64,000 nucleotides of DNA from Octopus sinensis (Eukaryota): positions 15,438,001-15,502,000 of the forward strand of contig NC_043013.1 of the NCBI RefSeq assembly GCF_006345805.1, in the 5' to 3' direction. Below are positions 12,346 through 25,051 of this stretch, one piece after another (positions within the stretch are counted from its first letter, which is position 1; every line of letters starts with the position of its first letter). The notes beneath the pieces are model-generated. The model was not told the DNA's origin, did not search any database, and saw only the letters and a program-made list of their open reading frames with translations. A program made the position numbers and the translations under genes.

Positions 12346-12982
12346 AAGGTGTTGAGCTGACAGAATTGTTAGCACACTGAATGAAATGCTTAGTGGTATT
12401 TCACCTGTTGCTGTGTTCTGAGTTCAAATTCCACCGAGGTCGACATTGCCTGTCACCCTTTCGGGTTCAATAAAATAAGTACCAGCTGAACACTGGGGTC
12501 AATATAATCGACTCATCTCTTCCCCCCAAAATGCTGCCCTTGTGGCAAAATTTGAAACCAAAATTATTATTATTATTATCATTGAGTGGGAGAGCAGTGC
12601 ATGCCATCAAAGTGATACCGGGGTAAAATATATGAAGCCCAATATACCCATCATGACTACCTGTCTGATAAGGGTACACCAGGTACATGCATCACAACCA
12701 TGTATTATTATTATTATTATTATTTAGGTGATGAGTTGGCAGCATCATCATGGACAAAATGTTTTGTGTTGTTTGCTCCAATTTTTTACATTTTGAGTTC
12801 AAATCCTGCCAATGTCAACTCTCTCCTTTCATCCTTTTGGGGTCAATAAAATAAGTACCAGTCAAATGCTGGGACAGTGGTATCAACTAATGTCAAGGGT
12901 GTGCTCAATTGGAGCTGACCTGGGGTTGAATAATAACAACAGTAAAAATAGCAACAACACAAAGAATATATTGAATGTTTAC

Positions 12983-13081
12983 CATTTGACGGTGTGTAAT
13001 CTTTGAGGAGACCAATTTTTTTTAAATGTTCTGGAGTTGATACAGATAATGCAAGAGTGTCACCGACGGCTTCATGAAATC
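12983..13081 (-). CDS. ACE: ACE visible exon 6 with third zinc ligand ([33 protein letters not shown])
   Basis: Manually translated; EXXXD = EAVGD; acceptor CCCAG|GA, donor G|GTAAAC, 99 nt. Confidence 0.96.
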
Positions 13082-13363
13082 CTGGGAAATATCAAAAAAC
13101 AAAAGCAGATACATCAGGTAAAAAAAACATGTAGACATCATGCAGACAAAAAGAAGACATCATATGGACAACTTGCAGGCACCATGTGGACATCATAAAT
13201 ATGACGGCAGGCATACCAGCAGGGATTTCATGAAGTGCAAGCAGCATCTGAAGACCTTTGTCCTGGAGTTAAGGATTTCCCTGGGCTTAGGGAATCCTTT
13301 AATATTCTCGTCTGTTTGGCTGTGCACAGTTTACAACACTTGGTCCAATTTATGTAGGAGCCT

Positions 13364-13409
<46 letters not shown>

Positions 13410-15076
13410 CCATGTTTATTTATCTTTGTGTTTGTACCCCATCACCACTTGACAACCAGTGATAGCTTGTTAACATGCCCATAACTTAGCAGCAAAAAGA
13501 CTAATAGAACCACTACCAAGCTTTGAAAATTAGTACTGGGGTTGGTTTTTTTGACTAAATTCTTCAAGGTGGTGCCTTTGCATGTTTACAGTCCAATGAC
13601 TGAAACAAGTAAAAAAGTAAAAGATGATAGAGATAAGGAAACTTTATGGAAACAAAGACATCATGGATACAAAACATTGATGGAATTGACAATGCAAAGT
13701 AGAGAAAAATAAAATATTTATGTTGTTGAAGATATTCGAAGTCTTAGCTTTTCCTTCGACAAATAATTTAATGTAAGGGATGAGAGCTGCAACCCTCAAG
13801 TGTTATAGACCTTTCATCCTGTTACATGAGTTTCCTCAAATCTCAAGAATATTTCTAAGGATTCTGGCAGAATACAGGATTGCAGTTTCCTGCAAGTCAA
13901 CAGTGTCAGTTTCAATTCCAATATCTTTCAGTCTTTTAGCTGGCAGTTTGAGTTTTGTGCCAAGTGCACCATCAAACAAAAGAAAAATTATCATCTTAAT
14001 CTTCCACCACCTCTTCATTTCTCTTTCTATGTCCTAATATTTCTAATTTTTGTTTTCAATTTCTTTGATACTGACTTGTTTGTTCCTTCTCGAGCCATGC
14101 CTGGCTCATAAGGGCCAGTTTCCTGATTTCTTGGCGTATAGGTTCCCCACCTGAACAGGACGCCAGTCCGTCGCAGGTTAGCTGCAAGATGCAGGAGGAA
14201 AGAGTGAGAGAAAGTTGTGGCAAAAGAGTCAGCAGTTCGCCATTACCTTCTGCTGGAGCCGCGTGGAGCTTAAGTGTTTTCGCTCATAAACACACACATC
14301 ACCCAGTCTAAGATTCGAACCTGCGATCCCTCGATCACGAGTCCACTGCTCTAACCACTAGGCCATGTGCCTCCACTTTGATACTGACTGCTTTATCATA
14401 TGATATTGCAAAGTCTACAATCTTAAATGTTAGTTTCTTTTGTCCTCTATTATCATATCTGGTCTTTTTTCAACAGTATGGTCAATCTTTATGGGAAAGT
14501 TCATGTCTCGTACATTCATTGTCATCAATTCACCACAGTGGAAGTTCACTGTCATCAATTCACTGTAGGGAAAGTTTACTATCATCAGTTCATTGTTTTC
14601 TTTTTTCAATGAAATGGTTTTTAACTATTAATGGTGAGATACTAGGGATATATTTTCTTGGTAAACTTTACTCACGGTGAACTTTCTTCCTGGTGAATTG
14701 ATGGCAGTGGACTTACCCTGTGGTGAATTGATGGTGGTGAACTTGCCTGTAATTGGGGAAGTTCAGTAAAATGTTAATATCATCATCATTATTATCATTA
14801 TCATTATTGTTATTATTATTATTATTATTATTAAGACGAAGAGTGCAATTCGATTGTATTATTTTATTAGTTGAACGCTATTTCGAAATTACAGAAATTT
14901 AACGTTTAAATTTCTGTAATTTTGAATTTGAATTTTTATCACTTCTTATTTTGAACTTGACAAAGACAGACGTACTGTTGAAATATTGTTCAACTAATAA
15001 AATAATGCAATCGAATTGCGCTCTTCGTCTTGACTGTTTACCTTTGTGAAGAGTTATGTCAAATCCTTTTTTAAAA

Positions 15077-15110
<34 letters not shown>

Positions 15111-15383
15111 AATATCAAGGTGGCGAGCTGGCAGAATCATAAGCATGCCAAGCAAAATTCTTAGTGGCATTTCATTTGTCTTTACATTCTGAGTTCAAAT
15201 TCCACTGGGTTGAGTACTGGAGTCAATTTACCTACCCCCACCCACCACCCCACCAAACCTACTGGCCGTGTACCAAAATTTGGAACTATTACTATAACAT
15301 GAGTTATATTAAAATTCCGACAGTTAATTGATAATCAATGATGGTAATGATGATGAAGGATTAAATAAGGATGATAAACTGAC

Positions 15384-15508
15384 CTGGATTAGCTCCTTCT
15401 CTGAAGTAAATTGGTTGATCTGCATATTGTTGATAATACTGTATATGTCCCATTTCATGATGGATGACAATCAGGTCCTCCATGGTGATCTCTGTACACA
15501 TCTTGATC
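15384..15508 (-). CDS. ACE: ACE visible exon 5 with zinc motif ([28 protein letters not shown]...REGANPG)
   Basis: HEXXH = HEMGH; acceptor TCACAG|G, donor G|GTCAGT, 125 nt. Confidence 0.97.
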
Positions 15509-15619
15509 CTGTGAAATAGATTCAGTTTATATATAGAGCAGTGTGTACAAGAGCACATATACGCAAACACATACAATATACAATTCATTTCATTTCATTT
15601 TCATTTCATCTAGTTTCAG

Positions 15620-16135
15620 CTCACGAGCTGTGGCCATGCTGGAGCACTGCCATTCAGTGTTGCTACATGATTTTACTTCACAAATGCTTTTTGGTGCATG
15701 AGAGAGAGTGATGCAGCTGCCCTCATCTGCACCTCTTGCCGCAAAGTTGGTTCATCTGAGACACCTGTCAGGAAGAGGTCCAGCTTTATTTTGAAGACAT
15801 CTGCATCCACCCCATGAAGGTCTCTCAGGTCCTTTGGGAGGATATTGAAGAGCTGTGGACTTCTGAAGCCCAGGCTATCGCAGTATCTTGTCCTACATCT
15901 TGATGGCAAATTTGGAGTCCTTCGCACTATGCAGTGGCGCCCAGTTCTAGTATTTGTGTAACTCTCGATGCCAAAGTTTGAGACAAGTCCTTCCAGGATC
16001 TTCCAGATGTATATTATGGCATATCTTTCTTGTCTACGCTCTAAGGAATAGTCTTAATCTCTTGAGTCTTTCCCAATAGCTTATATGCTGCATAGAGGCT
16101 ACCTTCTTCATGTAGCTTCGTTGGATTGCCTCAAG
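15620..16135 (-). mobile_element. CR1/L2-type LINE 3' fragment in an ACE intron
   Basis: YWERL..LYSLERRQERY..IWKIL..GPQLFNILPKDLRDL..FKIKLDLFL, typical CR1 ORF2 C-terminus. Confidence 0.8.
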
Positions 16136-17869
16136 TTCTGAGATTAATTTGACACTGGTTGGTGACCATAGCTGAGAGCAATAGTCAAAGTGACTTAGAA
16201 CAAGTGTCCTTCAGAGGACCAAACAATATCTTGTTTTTTTTTTTGTTTTTCTCATATCTGTTTTATCTTTCTCTGTCCTGGCAGCCATGCCAGGACAGCT
16301 CCTTTAAGGGTTCAGTCAAACAAATCGACTCAAATACTTTTCTTTCTTTAAGCCTGTTAGTCCCTTTTGCCAAACTGGTAAGTTATGAGGAATGTAAACA
16401 AACCAACACTGGCTGTCAAGTGGTGGCAGGAACAAGCACAAAGACACATGCACATATGATAGGCTTGCACACAGTTTCTGTCTACCACATTCACTCACAA
16501 GGCATTAGTTGAACTGGGGCTATAGTGGAAGACACTTGTCCAAGGTACCATGCATTGGGACTGAACCCAAAACTATGTGATTGCAAAGCAAGCTTTTTAA
16601 CAACACAGCCATGACTGCACCTATAAGTAAAAATATCTAAATTATAGATGTTTTGATTATAGATGTTTGGATTCTTTGCCATCAAATTTGAATTCTTTGC
16701 AAACAAATTTGACTGCAAAGAATTCAAATTTGATGGCAAAGAATCCAAACTTGATCGAAAACATCTATATAATAGAAATTCCCCAAAATATGTCACAAGG
16801 AGCTCACCAAATGGAAGTGTCTAGAATGGAGTAAGCTATGTATCAGTGGAGTGAAAACACATCAACTTTGTATAGCAGAAAAAGTGTATAATCTCAGTAA
16901 ATTACTTAAACATCAGAGTAGATTTCTTCATGGGCTGCCCACACTTTGACAAATATCTTCTGAGTCAATGAAAAATTTCACTATCACCAGATTAATCCAT
17001 TGTCTTGTAAATACTTAATACTTTCCATATATGCTGTGGATGGAGTTAAATACTGACTAAAATCTAAAGATATATTCTATAGTACATTAATAGCATTGAA
17101 ACAAAACACTATTAAAATACCAGCAATTTATTCAGCAAACTAATTGCTGAAAATGTATAATGTATGCAAATTAGGACATCCAGTTTACTTAAGGCTTTAG
17201 TAATAGTATGATTACAAGCACTGTTTTTGTGTACAGATGATAGACTCTATTTTATGATTTAGCAGTCCTTGCAGGAAATTCTTGTTTATTTTTTAGACAA
17301 ATATTACTCTGATGGGATTCACATGTATAAATGTAAATTTTTTATAAATTCACTAGTGGATATGAATCGAAACAAATTGTAGTTTATATATAAGTTTGTA
17401 TTAATTATCTGTTATATTATATTATATTATATCTTTATATAATATATGTGTATAACATGAGTGTAGTGGGTGCTTTTTACGTGCCACCAGCACAGGTGCC
17501 AGGGGAGGATGGCAATGGCCACGATCGGTTGGTGCTTTTTACGTGCCACTGGTACGGAAGCCCATCAAGGCGGCGCTGGCATTGGCTACGCATGGATGGC
17601 GCTTTTTACGTGCCATCAGTACAAGTGCCAGGGTAGGCTGGCAACTACCATGTTAGCTTGGCGATAACTATTAATATATAAATATGTATACCGGAGTAAA
17701 CACATAAATGTGAAACAAGGTGGAAAAAAAGAGTACTCAAATACCAGTGGTAGAGTAATATGCTTTATTTAAAGCAGCAGAAAATTCTACAAAACCTGTT
17801 ACTCTGAGTTTCGCGAAACTCAGAGTAACAGGTTTTGTAGAATTTTCTGCTGCTTTAAATAAAGTATAA

Positions 17870-17956
<87 letters not shown>

Positions 17957-18859
17957 CTTTGTGTATGTGTTTGTGCCCCCATCATCACTTGACAACTGGT
18001 GTTGCTGTATTTACTTAACTGTAACTTAGCAGTTTGGCAAAGTCACTGATAGAATAAGTAGAGCTAGGCTTAAAAATAAGTCCTGAGGTCAAATTGATTG
18101 AGAAAAAGAAACACTTCATGGCTGCAGTCAAATGAGTGAAACAAGTAAAAGAATAGCTGCTGTTTACATATAAGACACTTGCTTAAGGTGTGATGAAGTA
18201 GGAACAAACCTGGAATCATGGTTAAGAAGTGAACTGCTTGGCCAATGCTTGTGTCTACACACACACACACACACACACACCCACCCAGAACACAGATACA
18301 TGCATATATATACATATTTCTTTACTACCCACAAGGGGCTAAACACAGAGAGGACAAACAAGGACAGACAAACAGATTAAGTCGATTACATCGACCCCAG
18401 TGTGTAACTGGTACTTAATTTATCGACCTAGAAAGGATGAAAGGCAAAGTCGACCTCATCGGAATTTGAACTCAGAACGTAACGGCAGATGAAATACTGC
18501 TACACATTTCACCCGGCGTGCTAACGTTTCTGCCAGCTCACCACCGACATGCATATCCATACAATGGGCTTCCTGCCCTTCCTGCAGCTTTTGTTATCCA
18601 AATTTAACCACAAGCCACAGAGTCTGTGAACATGAAAGAAGACACTTGTCCAAGGTACTGTATAGAGGGGTTGAACCCCCAAAGCCATATGGTTGGGAAG
18701 TGAATTTCTTAACCACACAGTCATGCCTGCACCTATGTAATACAAGACACACTACAGCTAAAGATAGAAACAGACGTCTTTGATCATAGGTCTGCTGGTG
18801 AGGGCTGACCTGGGTGAAAATAACATAACAATAGACAAGTGAAGGAGGTTGATATTTAC

Positions 18860-19029
18860 CTGTAATCATCTTTCTTGAAGAAGTCCCAAGCTGAAGCATG
18901 ACACACCATAGTTTTGTCTTTAATTTTGGTTAAAATAGATTTTTTCCAGAATGTGTTTGTCATTTCTTTGAGACCGAGAGATGTGAAAAACTCTTCAGAC
19001 AATTTAAACATCTGCTTAGCCGTGTAGTT
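18860..19029 (-). CDS. ACE: ACE visible exon 4 (NYTAKQMFKLSEEFFTSLGL...VCHASAWDFFKKDDYR)
   Basis: Acceptor TTACAG|AA, donor AG|GTAAAT, 170 nt, CHASAWDF motif. Confidence 0.96.
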
Positions 19030-19535
19030 CTGTAAAGACAGAGACAAGACAGAATTGCAGACATGTGCCATAGTTTGAAGCTGATATTTTGTTGAAAACT
19101 AAAAGCTTTGTTGTTTTTCTGTTGTATCTTGGGAGGGTCATAATGCCAATAATAAACACACACACACACACACACACACACTGGTTCTATTTTGCTTCTT
19201 TATTATTTAGCAACCTGTTAACTACTTGACCATTTAACTAATTGATTATTTGATTAATCATTCAATTATTCAGTAAACCAGATAGGCTTATCAGTCTTTG
19301 GGTTACAAGAAAAGTTTCTGAGGTAGTATACAGGTGGTAGTAGTGGTGTCAATCAGGGTAGTAATGTTGCCGTGTAACTTACAAGAAGCAAAAGAACACA
19401 GGAAAAGGAAAAAGTTGCCACTTTTAAGAAGGAAGTATTTGAGAGGGGAAGGTGGAAGTGGGTGGCTTTATGCTTGGTACTGAGAGCCTAAAGTATGACA
19501 GAGAGACAAGCACAGGTGTCCTGCTATAGAAGAGA

Positions 19536-19899
19536 CTAGCACTATGACCTGACAATGCCGGGTCATAGTGCTAGTGCATGCATATACAGCTGCGAGCGTG
19601 CACACATACACGCAAGTACTGTCCAAATCTCCGACCAATCACATACAGCTAGCTGGCATTCAATTGGCGTATCAAGTTTCGGGCATTTTGATTGGGTTTT
19701 GGATAGAAAATTCACAAAAAAGTCACTTCTATTGATTTTTTAATGGCTTTGCGGGGTGACTGGGGAAATGTAAAGATGTGCCTGACCACCCTTGGATGGT
19801 TTTGAATGACCATAGAAAGTGCGAGCCCTCTAACTGAAAAATTGTGGATTTGTATAAAGGACACACAGACAGGCATTTTGCCGTTTATATATATAGAGA
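19536..19899 (-). mobile_element. Non-autonomous Helitron with extended terminal hairpin
   Basis: 5' end TCTCTATATATATAAACGGCA shared with the 52328 copy; 3' CTAG|T lies inside a 15-bp perfect stem (19535-19549 / 19561-19575). Confidence 0.6.
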
Positions 19900-21089
19900 T
19901 GACTGACTAAAGGAGTTAATAGGAAGGCAGTGATGGGATGCTGGAACAAACTCTCAAGGAGCAAGAAGGTGAGAATAAGGGAGATACAGATAGTGGATCA
20001 TGGGAGGGGATGAAAGACTGTATTGATTCTCTCATAGGAATGTGGTGGTAGATTAAACAGGTGGAGGTAGAGGTTAATGTAGTGACTGGTAAGCAAAGGT
20101 CAGGGTGCAGATGATGGGAAAAACCAGTATGGAGAGGAGTAAGGTGGGAGAAATAGGAGTGACTCAAGAATGAGGTGTAGGAGCAGTGGAGAGGGAGATA
20201 TTAGGATACATAAGGGGCTATAGTAGGTGCTTGGGTCATGATGATAGCTATGGAGGGCATTGATGAGGACAGCATATAAGAGAGGTGTGTTTAGAATAGA
20301 GTATAGCATAAGGGAGCCTCCAGCTATATGAAAATTTTCTGACCCCCACCCCGTCAGAAAACAGCTTCTAAGCAACTGGTTGTTTTAATGGCAGAAGAAA
20401 GAGGTAAATTCCATTAGAAAATGTTTTAATCGATTTTTTAGGTAAGTATGGGGGTTAGGAAAAAATACAAACTGTATTCCAATCTATGCACCTGTCTCCA
20501 CATGTGTGCCATTTTTCATGCGAATCCACCCAGCCGTTTGGCTGTGAACCTCAAGACAAGAAAGAACACAACGATCGCTCATGTCCAATTTATATTAGAG
20601 ATAAAACCTTGATAATGTGAGTCGGGGAGAGATGAGTAAATCATGCTGGCTTTGGGCTTATTTGTGCAAAGGTTGGGAAGGGACTTCTCAGATCTTGCAC
20701 AAACCACTGCCATCTCAGAAAGTTGCCTCCCTCTTTCCTCACCAGGGGAGGTTATCCTTCTCTAACTTCCTGGCTTGCACTCTAAACCATTGTGATATTC
20801 CTGTCTTAGAGAGCCTGTTGTTTTTTAGTGCTGGGTCAACTCTGACTGTACAGGTGTATCACTTAAGGCATTCCAAATTCCAATTATGACCTCCCCCTTT
20901 ATATTTTTTATGAGCAAGGAATTTAAGGCTCTTTTTTTATTTACAGACTGTGGTGCAATTTGAGGGAGATTGGCTGCTATTTCTAACACATCATGCAACA
21001 ATGTAGAGGCTTCATTAAAACCACTATCACAGTGTTTTTCTTCTGAATAAAACCATTATAAAATAGAATAAAAGGTGGTTTATACTCAC

Positions 21090-21181
21090 CTTCTGTTGTA
21101 AGGTGTCTGTCACATCAAAGCTTAGATTTGTAGGGAGAACAATGTCTTTGATGTTGTTCCATTCTTGTGCCCACATATTTC
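21090..21181 (-). CDS. ACE: ACE visible exon 3 (GNMWAQEWNNIKDIVLPTNLSFDVTDTLQQK)
   Basis: Manually translated; absent from the ORF track. Acceptor TGCAG|GA, donor AAG|GTGAGT, 92 nt, phase 1 to 0. Confidence 0.95.
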
Positions 21182-21847
21182 CTGCACAGATTAAATAGTT
21201 GTTTAAGATTTAGAAAAAAATCCCCAAAAAGCAACAAAAAAAAAAAAAGATGACTTTCTTTTTTTTTTTTTTTGAGATATTTTTAAAATGGCCATAAAAG
21301 ATGAAAGGACAGACAAGCATATCTGGTTTATTGAATAATTGAATGATTAATCAAATAATCAATTAGTTAAGTGGTCAAGTAGTTAACAGGTTGCTAAATA
21401 ATAAAGAAGTAAAATAGAATCAGTGTGCGTGTGTGTGTGTGTGTTTATTATTGGCATTATGACCCTCCCAAGATACAACAGAAAAAAACAAAGCTTTTAG
21501 TTTTCAACAAAATATCAGTTTCAAACTATGGCACAAGGCCAGCAATCTTATATATATATGTATACGTTTGTGTGTCTGTGTCTGTCCCCCCAACATCGCT
21601 TGACAACCAATACTGGTGTGTTTACGTCCCCGTAACTTAGTGGTTCGGCAAAAGAGACCGATAGAATAAGTACTAGGCTTACAAAGAATAAGTCCTGGGG
21701 TCGATTTGCTCGACTAAAGGCAGTGCTCCAGCATGGCCACAGTCAAATGACTGAAACAAGTAAAAGAGTAAACAAGTAAACCACGTCATTGAAGTCTCAA
21801 AGCTATGAGATAATGCATGATTAATTCAAAACAATGTGGATAGATCA

Positions 21848-22010
21848 TCATCATCATCATCATCGTTTAACGTCCGTTTTCCATGCTACCATGGGTTGGA
21901 CGGTTCGACTGGGGTCTGGGAAGCCCGGGGCTGCACCAGGCTCCAGTCTGATCAGGCAGTGTTTCTACAGCTGGATGCCCTTCCTAATGCCAACCACTCC
22001 GTGAGTGTAG
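21848..22010 (-). mobile_element. Retroposon family D with (GAT)n tail (others at 1-147 on +, 4375-4525, 23745-23910)
   Basis: Shared GGAAGGGCATCCAGC.GTAGAAAC..CCCATG.TAGCATGGAAA.CGGA..TAAACGATGATG. Confidence 0.7.
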
Positions 22011-22513
22011 TGGGTGCTTTTTACGTGCCACCTGCACGGGTGCCAGGGGAGTCTGGCATCGGCCACGATCGGTTGGTGCTTTTAACGTGCCACCGGCACG
22101 TAAGCCAGCCAAGGCGGTGCTGGCATTGGCCACATTCGGATGGTGCTTTTTATGTGCCACTGGCACAGAAGCCAGTCGAGGCGGCACTGGCATCGGCCAC
22201 GTTTGGATGGTGCTTTTTATGTGCCACCGGCACCGAAGCCAGTCGAGGCGGCGCTGGCATTGGCCACGTTCGGATGGTGCTTTTTATGTGCCACTGGCAC
22301 AGAAGCCAGTCGAGGCGGCACTGGTATCGGCCACGTTCGGATGGTGCTTTTTATGTGCCACCGGCACAGAAGCCAGTCGAGGCGGCGCTGGCATCGGCCA
22401 CGTTCGGATGGTGCTTTTTATGTGTCACCAGCACAGAAGCCAGTTGAGGCGGCGCTGGCATCGGCCACGTTTGGATGGTGCTTTTTATGTGCCACCGACA
22501 CAGAAGCCAGTCG
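22010..22513 (+). repeat. GC-rich 67-bp minisatellite, about 7 copies
   Basis: GGATGGTGC recurs at 22138, 22205, 22272, 22339, 22406 and 22473. Confidence 0.9.
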
Positions 22514-24260
22514 AGATAGGCATTATATTTGACAGAGTAATCTGAATGCTAAAGGCTTAAGACACTTTACTGTTTCTGGCTCTGTTGGACATGCTATGAA
22601 TAAAAAATAAAGGCTAAGGTTACTTCTTGAGTCATGTTGATTCATAAAGGTTTGCTGACTCATAATTTCCTTGTCTGGATGGGACATTGGTCTGTCACAG
22701 GAATTAGTCATTTTTGCCAGCTGAATGGAGTGGAGCAATGTGGAATAAAGTGTTTTGCTCAAGAACACAACACACTGCCTGGTCCAGGAATCAAAACTAC
22801 AATCTTACGATCTCGAGTCCAATACTCAAACCACTAAGTCACATGCCTCCACTGGTTGCTGATTGGAAGGGCATCCAACTGCAAAAACCATGCCAAAATA
22901 GACCTCACCGATGCTGGTACCACGTCGACAGCATCCAGTCCACAGTAAAGTGGTTAGTGTTTGGTAAGGTAAAGATAAAGTTACCTTCTTGAGTCATGCT
23001 GACTTATAAGAGCTGGTTTCCTGGTTTCCATGGCATATAAAGTCCCCTTCTGTATAGAACTCTGGTCCGACACAGGATTACTCAGTTTTGCCAGCTGAGT
23101 GGATTGGAGTAATGTGAAATGAAGTGTTTTGCTCAAGAACACAATGTGTCACCTGGTCTAGGAATTGAAACCACAATCTTACGATCATGAGTCCAACACC
23201 TTAACCACTAAGCCACGCACCTTCCCTATGCCATGAGCAGGTATAACTCAATGATACAAGGAATATCAGCAGCATTAAATAACTGATGATTGTTGCCATA
23301 GTGAAGCAGTTACAACAAAAAATTTTTGGAGACAAGAAACGAGCCTCCATGGCTAGAAATAACAGCTAAACCTTCCTCGAATCAAGTTCTATAATCTTAG
23401 AAAAAAAGACACATTGGATTATATGTTGGGTTCTATGTACACAAGAAAACAACAAAACAAAAAGAAAATACAAAAAAATAGGATGGTCACGGATGGAATG
23501 GATTTTAACCATAAAGCTATTTAATTAGAATTTACTTGGGGCTAAACAACAACAATATTGGTTATTAATGGATTTATTTGGAAATCATTATCATCATCCT
23601 CTTTTAACATCTATTTTTCTTGCTGGCATGGGTTGGACAAAACGTTGTTGGCAGGCTGTTACAAAGAATTGAACTCTGTACATCTCTGATATTGGCTGAG
23701 GGCTCTGTACCACTATACTAAATGGCCCCTGTCTATCATCATCATCATCATTTAGCGTCCGCTTTCCAGAAGGCTGCACCAGGCCCAGTCTGATCTGGCA
23801 GTGTTTCTACGGCTGGATGCCCTTCCTAACGCCAACCACTCCGTGAGTGTAGTGGGTGCTTTTTACGTGCCACCGGCATGGAGGCCATTCGGGGCGGCGC
23901 TGGCAACGGCAGTAAACTTGGTTAAAAAGTTTGTGTTGTAACCACCTTGTTTCTGGTTCAATCCCACTGTGTAGGCAAATGTCTTCTACTATAGCCACAG
24001 GCCAACCAATGCTTTGTGAATGAATTTTGTTGATGGAAACTATGTAGAAGTGCTTGTCACTGTGTGTGTGTGTATGTGTGTGTGTGTGTGTGCTTGTGCT
24101 TATGTCCCTGTGACATAGAGCTTCCGCAAAAGAGACCAATAGAATGAAAACCAGACATAGAAATAAGTATAGGATCGAGTTGTTTGACTAAACCCTTCAA
24201 GGTGGTACCCTGCATTATCACAATCCAATGACTGAAACAAGTAGAAAATAAAGAACTTAC

Positions 24261-24449
24261 CTAAAAGATGTGCTGGAATTGTTCCGGAGCTTGGAAAATG
24301 TTCTTTGCCATATTTTTCCTTTAGTTTCCTCCGAACATATGCATGGAATAGCTTGTACAAGGGCATTATCTGATTCAGTAAATCTTCGACATCCTTTTCG
24401 ATGCTAGACCCATATACTGAGCGCCAAAATTGTCCGAGGTCATCATAAC
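24261..24449 (-). CDS. ACE: ACE visible exon 2 (GYDDLGQFWRSVY...LFHAYVRRKL...IPAHLLG)
   Basis: Acceptor TCAG|GT, donor G|GTAAGT, 189 nt, phase 1 to 1. HAYVRRKL and PAHLLG are ACE signatures. Confidence 0.95.
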
Positions 24450-24681
24450 CTGATATTGCTGTCATTTGATTTAATGTCAGGAAATAAAATATAAAAGGAG
24501 AAAATTAAGACCAAGCTATATGCTTCTGTCCATACATATATATGTCTATATATATATATAGATATATATATATATACATACACACACACACATACTATAT
24601 ATATATATATACACACATACACACACCACACAGGTCAAAATTTTTCTGACTGCACCATTGTCTTGGAAATTAGATATTATA

Positions 24682-24726
<45 letters not shown>

Positions 24727-25001
24727 ATATATATATATAATATATACTTTTACTCTTTTACTTGTTTCAGTCATTTGACTGCAGCCATGCTGGAGCACAT
24801 GCCTTTAGTCAAGCAACTCGACCCCAGGACTTATTCTTTGTAAGCCTAGTACTTATTCTATCGGTCTCTTTTGCCAAACCGCTAAGTTACAAGGACGTAA
24901 ACACACCAACATCGGTTGTCTAGCAATGTTGGGAAGACAAACACAGACACACACACACACATATATATATACATGTACATATATACGACGTATATATAAG
25001 A

Positions 25002-25041
<40 letters not shown>

Positions 25042-25051
25042 CACACACACA

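Noticed and set aside
19535-19575. 15-bp perfect hairpin as a stand-alone RNA element or terminator
   Set aside because: Better explained as the 3' terminal hairpin of a Helitron.
21836-22545. Three overlapping 130-203-aa ORFs, and a CRISPR-like appearance
   Set aside because: Product of a stop-free 67-bp tandem repeat; no unique spacers, no cas genes, eukaryotic context.
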